A stretch of 64,000 bases of DNA from Minisyncoccota bacterium (lineage in GTDB: Bacteria > Patescibacteriota > Minisyncoccia > Phycocordibacterales > PALSA-1337): assembly GCA_041666915.1 (NCBI GenBank), contig JBAYFZ010000001.1, forward strand, positions 137,086 through 201,085, given 5' to 3'. Both the position numbers and the translations under genes were made by a program. Of the stretch, positions 56,696 to 64,000 are shown one piece after another (the first letter of the stretch is position 1; each line of letters begins with the position of its first letter). The notes beneath the pieces were generated by a model. That model had not been told where the DNA came from. It did no database searches and saw only the letters and a program-made list of their open reading frames with translations.

Positions 56696-58369
56696 ATGGA
56701 AATTAATATTTATACAACACTTGTTTGGTTTTCAGCAATTTTGATTGGAAGTCTTGATTTGGTTATCTTTCTAGGAAGTAGCAACCCGTCTTCTCGTGCT
56801 TTTACTCATAGTATCTTTTGGGTAACAATATGGATTACGTGTGTAGGTCTTTTTGTTGCAACGTCTAAAGACTACCAAAGTGCAATATTTTTTTCTAGAA
56901 TGACATATTTTCTAGGAAGTACCATTGCGGCTTCATTTTTATACTTCTTCCTAAGTTATCCTGAAGATAGAAAAATTAGTAACTGGATAAAATGGTCGAT
57001 TTTAACTGTTCAGATTATTTTTGCATATCTATTTTTGTTTACAGACACCATAGTATCTAAGTTATTTCCAATTAGTGGTAATAATTTTTTGGGGTGGGGA
57101 TTTGGTCCTTTATCACCTCTATTTGAGATTTTCTTTTTTGGATTTTTTGGAACTGGTATTGTGATTTTATATTACAAATTTAAGAAATGTACAGATTTAA
57201 ATACAAAAGCAAATCTAAAATACATGCTTTGGGTTATTGTTGTCGGTGCAACGCCACCAAGTTTGATGTGTATTATTTTACCAAGATTCGGATACTACGA
57301 TCTTAATTGGCTAGGGCCTGTAACAGAATTGATTTGGATACCAATATTTTCGTATTCCATCATCAAATACCGCCAGATGAACGTAAAGGCCGTAACGGCT
57401 GAAATTTTGGCTATTGCGATGACGGTTATTCTTTTCATTAACATCTTTCTCAATATAACTTCTGACTTATGGCTCAGCGTCATCACTTTTATCGCGTTTA
57501 TCACCCTCGCCTTCTACCTCATCAAAAGTATTCTCCTTGAAACACGTCAGGCTGAATTGCTCAAAGACCTCAACGAAAACCTTGAGGCCAAAGTCGCCGA
57601 ACAAACCCAAGAAATCCGCAAATCTTACGACATGGAAAAGCATGCTCGAAGGGAGTTGGAAAAGCTCAATGAGACAAAGGATCAGTTTATTATGATCACC
57701 CAACATCATTTGCGGGCACCAGTGACGGGTATCAAGTGCCAATTGGAGTCAATACTATCGGGTGAACATGGTGATATTGATTCGAAGTTGCGCGGTTCCA
57801 TCGCAGATGCAAATGCTGGAGCGGTACGATTGACCAAAATAGTGAACGACTTTCTCGCCATAACAGCCATCAAGCCGGGTGGAAATATTTTGAATCTGGC
57901 ATCGGCTAGTTTGAAACCTATGATTGTGGACATTCTCGCGGAACTGTATATAGATATTGAACAAAAGAAATTGATTGTGAATTATCCAGAAGATGAAAAG
58001 AGTTGGCCAATACTCATGGTTGATGCATCCAAGATGCGTGATGCCCTGCTCATCATCATAGAGAATGCAGTACGTTACAACATTCTCGGTGGGCGAATAG
58101 AGATGAAGACGAGTATTTCTGGTGACTCTTTTGAACTTTCTGTGACCGATACTGGCGTGGGTATCAATCCTCTAGACAGAGAAAAGATTTTCGGTAACCT
58201 CTTCCATCGCAGTGAAGTGGCTCGCAAAGCCAATCCTATGGGCATGGGCGTTGGATTATCGGTTGCGAGAGCTATTGTCCGAGCTCATCATGGTGAACTT
58301 GAACTGGTATCAGAGGGTGAAGGGAGAGGAACGAAGGTGGTGGTGAGGGTGAGGGGTGGAGGGTTTTAA
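56696..58369 (+). CDS. Sensor histidine kinase with a large polytopic N-terminal membrane domain.
   Basis: H-box (…HHLRAPVTGIKCQLE…). HATPase_c (…IIENAVRYN…DTGVGI…GMGVGLSVARAIVRAHHG…). Confidence 0.85.
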   Translation: MEINIYTTLVWFSAILIGSLDLVIFLGSSNPSSRAFTHSIFWVTIWITCVGLFVATSKDYQSAIFFSRMTYFLGSTIAASFLYFFLSYPEDRKISNWIKWSILTVQIIFAYLFLFTDTIVSKLFPISGNNFLGWGFGPLSPLFEIFFFGFFGTGIVILYYKFKKCTDLNTKANLKYMLWVIVVGATPPSLMCIILPRFGYYDLNWLGPVTELIWIPIFSYSIIKYRQMNVKAVTAEILAIAMTVILFINIFLNITSDLWLSVITFIAFITLAFYLIKSILLETRQAELLKDLNENLEAKVAEQTQEIRKSYDMEKHARRELEKLNETKDQFIMITQHHLRAPVTGIKCQLESILSGEHGDIDSKLRGSIADANAGAVRLTKIVNDFLAITAIKPGGNILNLASASLKPMIVDILAELYIDIEQKKLIVNYPEDEKSWPILMVDASKMRDALLIIIENAVRYNILGGRIEMKTSISGDSFELSVTDTGVGINPLDREKIFGNLFHRSEVARKANPMGMGVGLSVARAIVRAHHGELELVSEGEGRGTKVVVRVRGGGF

Positions 58370-58401
58370 AAAGATTGGGTAGATGCCTTTGTAGTTCGTG
58401 T

Positions 58402-58734
58402 TTAATCGAGTTTTTTTCTCAATTCGTCCAGAACTCTACCGTACTTTACTCTCCATTCAGGAACTTTTTTCTTAATTTCTTCGAGCTTTGCAACGTATTC
58501 GGTGGACAGATTGATACCGTACGAATCACATAGAGAAAGTAAACTGAAAAGAACGTCCGCGCATTCTTTTCCAAGTTCAACTTTCTTTGCTTGACCATAC
58601 ATCTCAATTTCAGTCACTTCCTTGGCCACCTCCCCAACTTCTTCGAAGAGACCTAGAGTATTTCCCAAGCGTGGATGTTCGATACCACTCAACAACTCGC
58701 TCTGTTCTTGTTGTATTTCAGATAATGTTTTCAT
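58402..58734 (-). CDS. MazG-like nucleotide pyrophosphohydrolase domain protein.
   Basis: …LFEEVGEVAKEV…E…ELGKECADVLFSLLSL… (EExxE … E…AD pattern of all-alpha NTP-PPases). Confidence 0.65.
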   Translation of the reverse strand: MKTLSEIQQEQSELLSGIEHPRLGNTLGLFEEVGEVAKEVTEIEMYGQAKKVELGKECADVLFSLLSLCDSYGINLSTEYVAKLEEIKKKVPEWRVKYGRVLDELRKKLD

Positions 58735-58831
58735 AATTTTCTTTTATTCTACCACACGCTTGTGTTTCCAGTTATAAAAACAGCCCTATTCCGATAGGAC
58801 TGTGTGGCACGACGGTTGTATATTTCCACTT

Positions 58832-58990
58832 TCATTTGAAAAGATACAATCCGCACAATACCAGAGAAGCAAAAACAAGTAGTATCACGGTAATCTGTTT
58901 TCCTGAATAGGTCGCAGACGGAACGATGATACCCATCTTGCGAGCTCCTTGTCTTTTGTACTCGTCAATCTCATTGGGGTGTGTAAACAT
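58832..58990 (-). CDS. Candidate small membrane protein (52 aa, MFTHPNEIDEYKRQGARKMGIIVPSATYSGKQITVILLVFASLVLCGLYLFK). Not in the ORF track because it is under 60 aa.
   Basis: Strong SD (AAAGGAGGTG) 7 nt upstream of the ATG. C-terminal TM helix. Confidence 0.4.
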   Translation of the reverse strand: MFTHPNEIDEYKRQGARKMGIIVPSATYSGKQITVILLVFASLVLCGLYLFK

Positions 58991-59154
58991 AATAACACCT
59001 CCTTTCCTAATAAATATACAATAGTAATTCTCCTAACGCAAGAGAAAATGGTAATATTTCATTATTTCCTCCTCAACAACAATATTCCTCCACCCTCTAC
59101 TTTTTACTTGGCTTCTTGTCGGAATTGAAATCTACTTATTAAGTAAAAACCGAT

Positions 59155-59364
59155 TTATCTTGAAGAGATATTACTTATACCCGCTAATTTACCTATGCTT
59201 TTTATGATTTTATCCAAGCTTGCAAGTAATGATTCCTCGGTTGAATCAATAGTCAAATCAGGATTTAGTGGTACTTCGTATGGCATATCCTTTCCAATTT
59301 TTCCACCTTTTAGGTTAAGGTGTATAACAGAAAAAACAAAATCGAACGCATAAAAATTCCGCAC
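59155..59364 (-). CDS. Hypothetical small protein downstream of tyrS.
   Basis: 69-aa ORF. No motif. Low confidence that it is expressed. Confidence 0.3.
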   Translation of the reverse strand: MRNFYAFDFVFSVIHLNLKGGKIGKDMPYEVPLNPDLTIDSTEESLLASLDKIIKSIGKLAGISNISSR

Positions 59365-59414
59365 GAAGGTACTCTGGCAGATCTACTTTCTCGTTAACGC
59401 GTGTTACTAACCTG

Positions 59415-60599
59415 TTAAATAACCTTAACGAAAAACCTTTTTCCTTTCTGGACGATATCGTCTTTTTTAAGCACCTTCTTTGGATCGTCCATGACGGCTT
59501 CATTAATCTTGACTCCCTTATGCTCAATGAGACGTCGAGCCTCAGATTTACTTGGAGAAAGTCCGGACTCGACCATAACAGTGATGACATCGTAACTACT
59601 AGGCTTTATTTCGGGCACGACATCGGGGATCTCTTTTTTACTAAACGTATTTACGAAAAATTCTTGGGCCTGCTTGGCCATATTCTCTGAATTGTACATC
59701 CTTACTAATTCATAAGCCAGTCTCATTTTTATATCACGTGGATTTGATTTAGCTTTCAATGCATCAGAATAAGTATTGATGACTTCCGTAGGGACTCGAG
59801 TAGCGAAAGTAAAGTACCTGATGATAAATTCATCTTTCAGAGACATGATTTTTCCAAACATATCATTTGGCGTATCTAACAGATTAACCGTATTACCCCA
59901 ACTCGAACTCATCTTTCTTCCATCAAGACCCTCTAACAATGGATTAGTTATCACATCTTGTGGTTCTTGACCGTATTCACGTTGTAGATCACGACCAGCA
60001 AGTAGATTAAATCTTTGATCTGTACCACCTATCTCAACATCTGCTTTAACCTTAACCGAATCATATCCTTGCATAAGAGGATAAAGTAATTCTCGTAATG
60101 AAACCCTTTTACCGTCATCCAATCTTCTGCGAATATTCTCACGCATGATAAAAGAATTCAACGAAAAGACTCCTGCCTGTCTTCCGATCTCCTGATAAGT
60201 AAGCTTATCAAGCCACTCACTATTGTGATATATCTCTGCCTTTTCCACATCAATTATTTTTGCCGCTTGTTCTATATAGGTTTGGAGATTATTTTGGACT
60301 ATTTCCTTAGACAGCATTGGTCGTTCGCTTTCCTTGTCGGAAGTATCTCCGATAATACCAGTAGAATCACCTATAATGAATACCACTGTATGTCCAAGCT
60401 CCTGAAAATCTTTGAGCTTGAGAAGTGGGATGGATCGCCCAATATGAATATTAGGGCTTGTAGGATCAATACCTAATTTTACACGTAATTTCTTACCGCT
60501 TAGGAGTTTTTTCTCCAAAATATCTTTATCGATCACTTCTTCAACCCCGCGTGTAAGTATATCGGATATTTTTTCCTTATTACTTTCGATATTTATCAT
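59415..60599 (-). CDS. tyrS: Tyrosyl-tRNA synthetase with a C-terminal S4-like domain.
   Basis: Class I HIGH-region (…DPTSPNIHIGRSI…). KMSKS (KMSSSWGN). Tyr-binding …GGTDQ… motif. Confidence 0.9.
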   Translation of the reverse strand: MINIESNKEKISDILTRGVEEVIDKDILEKKLLSGKKLRVKLGIDPTSPNIHIGRSIPLLKLKDFQELGHTVVFIIGDSTGIIGDTSDKESERPMLSKEIVQNNLQTYIEQAAKIIDVEKAEIYHNSEWLDKLTYQEIGRQAGVFSLNSFIMRENIRRRLDDGKRVSLRELLYPLMQGYDSVKVKADVEIGGTDQRFNLLAGRDLQREYGQEPQDVITNPLLEGLDGRKMSSSWGNTVNLLDTPNDMFGKIMSLKDEFIIRYFTFATRVPTEVINTYSDALKAKSNPRDIKMRLAYELVRMYNSENMAKQAQEFFVNTFSKKEIPDVVPEIKPSSYDVITVMVESGLSPSKSEARRLIEHKGVKINEAVMDDPKKVLKKDDIVQKGKRFFVKVI

Positions 60600-60638
60600 A
60601 TTAATATATTACCATTTATTTAATAAAATGGAACAGTG

Positions 60639-61946
60639 TCACTTTGTATTGAAGTACTGATCCAAGAGATCCTTCAATACATTTGGTAAGATACGAATCC
60701 TGTTTATCGAATCCATAAATGATATCCTAACCATTGTCCTACCTAATTTCTTGTCCTTAAAGAAATTTTCTAGTGGTGTCATGAGAACTGTATAATATTG
60801 GTTACCGTATTTTGATTTGCCAGATTTTGCACAGAAATTTATAAAATCAATAGCATTAAAATTTGGATCTATATTTTTAAAATCTAAGACAAGATACAAA
60901 GCCGCATCAGGTTTGGATATAATTATGCTAGGAATTTTCTTCTTAAGGTCACAGGAGACAAAGCTAATGATAGATTGGTAGTACTCCCTCTGTTTATCAA
61001 ACCAACATTTGATATCTTTCTTATTTTCTTTAGCTAAAGCTGAAAATATGTATTGACCAATTACATTTGGGCACACATTCGCTGTACTTTCTGCAACAGA
61101 CTTCTCGTAAAAAGTTTCGTTGTCAGTTACGATCGCGCCAATCCTCAAACCACAAGCATTCCAAACCTTAGAAGCTGACTCCAATGAAATTCGTCTTCCT
61201 TGAATGCCTGGGATGGTTTCATCGGACAATCTCCAAATGCTTGGGGCTTTTGATTTCGAGTAATGCAATTCACGATAGGTTTCATCACTCACTAGCCACA
61301 TGTTATATCTAACACAAAGCCTCGCTAAAGCTTCTAGTTGATTTTGAGTAATGAGTTGTCCTGTAGGATTATCGTATGGAATAATTATCATCGCGTTCGG
61401 TTTTTTCTTTAATATGAATTGCTCGATCTTTTTTATAGACGGAAATTCGAATATCCCATCTGACTGGATTATACGAACCATGGATATAGTTCTACGATTT
61501 AACCTTCTCGCCATGTATTCAAATGAAGTGTATGCAGGATCAAATAATAAAATCGGTCCAATATTTTTTTCTGTGTTTCCAGAAATACCCAATAAGCAAA
61601 ATTCTATTGCTTGACTTGCGCCATCTGTAATCTGAATATAGAGATTATCTATCGGTAAGTCGCTCGCATTGAATATCTTTAAAAAAGCTTTTTGTGTCTC
61701 AACGTAGCCTGCCGATGAAGAATACTTGACTATTCCTTTATTGAATGGACTCTGAGGACCAGCTAATCTTCTCATCCTCTTAATTAGCGCTGGATACATC
61801 GCACGATTGATGTTTCCGAGCGCCATATCTATTGGCACCACAATATCTTTACGTTCTTTTAATTTCTCGTAGACAGATCTAATCACGGAAACTTTTCTAG
61901 TCTGATAATAGTTTGATAAATTAGGTTTTTTAATCATAAAAAACAT
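60639..61946 (-). CDS. PLP-dependent aminotransferase, fold type I (class I/II).
   Basis: …IIPYDNPTGQ… and …SASKVWNACGLRIGAIV… (Lys in SxSK context). Confidence 0.7.
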   Translation of the reverse strand: MFFMIKKPNLSNYYQTRKVSVIRSVYEKLKERKDIVVPIDMALGNINRAMYPALIKRMRRLAGPQSPFNKGIVKYSSSAGYVETQKAFLKIFNASDLPIDNLYIQITDGASQAIEFCLLGISGNTEKNIGPILLFDPAYTSFEYMARRLNRRTISMVRIIQSDGIFEFPSIKKIEQFILKKKPNAMIIIPYDNPTGQLITQNQLEALARLCVRYNMWLVSDETYRELHYSKSKAPSIWRLSDETIPGIQGRRISLESASKVWNACGLRIGAIVTDNETFYEKSVAESTANVCPNVIGQYIFSALAKENKKDIKCWFDKQREYYQSIISFVSCDLKKKIPSIIISKPDAALYLVLDFKNIDPNFNAIDFINFCAKSGKSKYGNQYYTVLMTPLENFFKDKKLGRTMVRISFMDSINRIRILPNVLKDLLDQYFNTK

Positions 61947-63607
61947 TATCTTGGCTGATGCTCATGAATACTAATTGTGTCAGATTCATTACTGTGTAAG
62001 TATGACTGCTCAAATTCTGTTTTCATCTTTAGAAGACCGTCCAATATCCTATCGCATAGGCTTTCATCCAAAAATAATGACATTGGAAATAATCTTAAGG
62101 CGGATAGATCAGATCCTATAGTTCGTTTTCGATAATTGGACAAGAAACCAATCAATGGATAATTCTGTTTTTCCTTAGATAATTTATAAAAGGCATACTT
62201 ATAAAATTTTTCGCAGTAACAATTGTAATCATCTCTTATTGATTGATCATGAGACAATAATTCGTAGAAGTCACTACCTTGACCCTTATAATGAGGCTTA
62301 ACCATTATACATGGACCAGCTGAAAAATCGTTGATAATCTGAAAATCATTTGAATATTTTACTGATATTTGTCTTTTCAAATATTCAGACACTTCCATAA
62401 TATATGCCAAGTATTCTCTAAATCCATTAATTCCTAACTGATTAAGTGTTACCCATGCCGACAATATTCCTGTACCAGATCTAGAATTTTCGATTGAATA
62501 TGTATAGACTTGATTATCGCCATATGATTGATTAAATTTATCTTGATTACCAAGACTCTTCTTTGTAATAAAAAAACTTGAAGAATAAGGACAAAAACCC
62601 ATTTTATGCAGGTCCACACCAAAAGAATCGACTAGATTGACATTCATTATTTTTTTATTTACCAACATTAGCTTATTAAGAGCTGATGCACTAATCAAAA
62701 GCTCGTTTTTTTCAAAATCGTAATTCTTATAGAACAACCATGCCCACCCGATAACACTATCAAGGTGAATATGTGGCACATATTGTAAATTATGTTTAAG
62801 ACATATTTTTTTGACGATTTCGATAACCATAGGAATGTTATCAACATTAAGATCCAAAGTGCCTCCACCAGCCAAAATAATACAAGCGATTTTCTTACCA
62901 TCAACGATACATTTACCTAACACATGTTCAAAATCATCCAGACGCATGTTCTCATTCTCATCACAAGATACCCTAATACATGACTTTCTACCGAGACCAA
63001 GTAAATCGCAAACACTTTCAATGGTGTAATGGCAAGCCTTCGATGTTATAACAACATAATCATCTTTAGCGCCGTCATCTTTTGTGTGTTTGTCTATATT
63101 TTCCAATCCCTGTTTTATCGCGTATATCATAGTCGCCTTGCCACCAAAACAAGAAATGCCATCTGCGGTTTTATAATCAAACCCAGCTAAATCACAAAGA
63201 TACTTGACTACATACCTTTCAAATAAAACCATATTCCCAGAATTAATATCCCATAAAATATTCGGATTATAAAGGTTCGTCACCGTTGATACAGCTATAG
63301 CATCCAATGATGTTGGAGGTGTAATATTAAAAAGAGTATTGGGATGATGAAATTTGATTACACCTTCAAAAGCTTTAGAAACAAGGCTGTAAATCATGTC
63401 GTCATCTAAACCGTTGAATGGTATCGATTCTTTTTCTAATTTTTCTCCGTATCTAAACATGGGATCAATCTTCATCCTAGGAGAAGCGACGTCATTTGAA
63501 GAATTCAAAATTATCTCATGCAACTTCTTTTGTTTTTCTGATATCAAATCAAAATTCTTCTCATCAGGCTCAAGAAAGTGTAAAGAAATGTTAGACAGTT
63601 TTATCAT
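61946..63607 (-). CDS. PLP-dependent decarboxylase (group II, aromatic-amino-acid/glutamate decarboxylase-like).
   Basis: …SFGVDLHKMGFCPYSSSFF… (D-x-HK PLP-lysine motif). …ITSKACHYTIE…. Confidence 0.75.
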   Translation of the reverse strand: MIKLSNISLHFLEPDEKNFDLISEKQKKLHEIILNSSNDVASPRMKIDPMFRYGEKLEKESIPFNGLDDDMIYSLVSKAFEGVIKFHHPNTLFNITPPTSLDAIAVSTVTNLYNPNILWDINSGNMVLFERYVVKYLCDLAGFDYKTADGISCFGGKATMIYAIKQGLENIDKHTKDDGAKDDYVVITSKACHYTIESVCDLLGLGRKSCIRVSCDENENMRLDDFEHVLGKCIVDGKKIACIILAGGGTLDLNVDNIPMVIEIVKKICLKHNLQYVPHIHLDSVIGWAWLFYKNYDFEKNELLISASALNKLMLVNKKIMNVNLVDSFGVDLHKMGFCPYSSSFFITKKSLGNQDKFNQSYGDNQVYTYSIENSRSGTGILSAWVTLNQLGINGFREYLAYIMEVSEYLKRQISVKYSNDFQIINDFSAGPCIMVKPHYKGQGSDFYELLSHDQSIRDDYNCYCEKFYKYAFYKLSKEKQNYPLIGFLSNYRKRTIGSDLSALRLFPMSLFLDESLCDRILDGLLKMKTEFEQSYLHSNESDTISIHEHQPR

Positions 63608-63948
63608 GATGATTTTGAATAGGCTAATAATTTTTTATAGATGATTCCCATAAGTTTAATCTTATTCTTACAATCAAGATCGTGTGGATCAATCGCCACC
63701 AATCTGATCACTTCTTTACCAAGGCTTGGTTTAAGTACCAATAGATCATCCTGGTAATGTTTAGATGAATTCATAGATAACTTACCGTTTAGTAAATAAT
63801 GACATTTTGCTACCTCAGCCATGAATAAATTCACTTGATTCATCTCTTCAAATACACTTCTCCACCTACCGCGGATAGCCCACCATTCTGCTTCTTGTTT
63901 TAATCGATTTATGTAGTTATTTATAAACTCGCTCTGACGAGTATTCAT
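63604..63948 (-). CDS. Hypothetical protein upstream of and overlapping the decarboxylase.
   Basis: 114-aa ORF, 4-nt overlap. No motif. Confidence 0.45.
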   Translation of the reverse strand: MNTRQSEFINNYINRLKQEAEWWAIRGRWRSVFEEMNQVNLFMAEVAKCHYLLNGKLSMNSSKHYQDDLLVLKPSLGKEVIRLVAIDPHDLDCKNKIKLMGIIYKKLLAYSKSS

Positions 63949-64000
63949 AAAATTAAAACATCTCTCTCGCTGAGAAACAAAAAAATCATCTTTATCAAAA

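Overview
This 64-kb window looks like a small, AT-rich bacterial genome of Candidate Phyla Radiation (Patescibacteria) type, judging by short genes, weak Shine-Dalgarno sequences, a type IV pilin and standard stop codons. UGA is not reassigned (gyrB and dnaB read through uninterrupted). The core genes I recognise are gyrB (5' partial), tsaD, gltX, tyrS, murG, dnaB, recR, rmuC, rplI, rpmA, rplU, gap, pyrD, a split transketolase, rpe, rpiB, ctpA (S41), an M23 peptidase, an S11 D-Ala-D-Ala carboxypeptidase, CapA, two GT2 glycosyltransferases and two histidine kinases. There are four tRNAs: Val-GAC, Glu-UUC, Ser-CGA, and a Ser-type tRNA whose anticodon reads ACU. The accessory content is dense. 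(1) A minus-strand island at about 48.1-53.3 kb encodes a Multiubiquitin-like beta-grasp protein, a ThiF/E1-like enzyme with an unexplained ~180-aa N-terminal domain, a Cys-rich small protein, an XRE HTH regulator and several membrane or hypothetical proteins. I consider this a candidate, poorly described ubiquitin-like conjugation system. (2) A family of 30-40 bp GTAAGAG-rich interspersed repeats has 8 copies, mostly in inverted pairs. One copy is an exact in-frame 33-nt insertion inside the recR zinc finger, and two copies bracket a four-helix-bundle gene. (3) A MITE-like element with terminal inverted repeats (GTCATTCCCGCGAAGGCGGGAATCC) has 4 copies, one sitting between the two transketolase halves. 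(4) A two-gene cassette (DUF5678-like plus retropepsin-like aspartic protease) is flanked by 26-bp direct repeats next to tRNA-Val, together with duplicated and inverted fragments of the tRNA 3' end. (5) A flavinylation module: FMN-binding protein, ApbE, and a ferric-reductase-like/FNR membrane oxidoreductase. (6) A mannoside-phosphorylase cluster: PMM-like HAD, three GH130 domains, PMI-like cupin. (7) A toxin-antitoxin and defence islet (DinJ-YafQ, AbiEii plus partner, Fic) inserted between rpe, rpiB and gap. There are also other small repeat families, a frameshifted NYN-domain gene and a structured non-coding region. I found no CRISPR array, no rRNA, and no recognisable integrase or transposase. 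All coordinates were hand-derived from the ORF track and the raw sequence and may be off by 1-2 nt.
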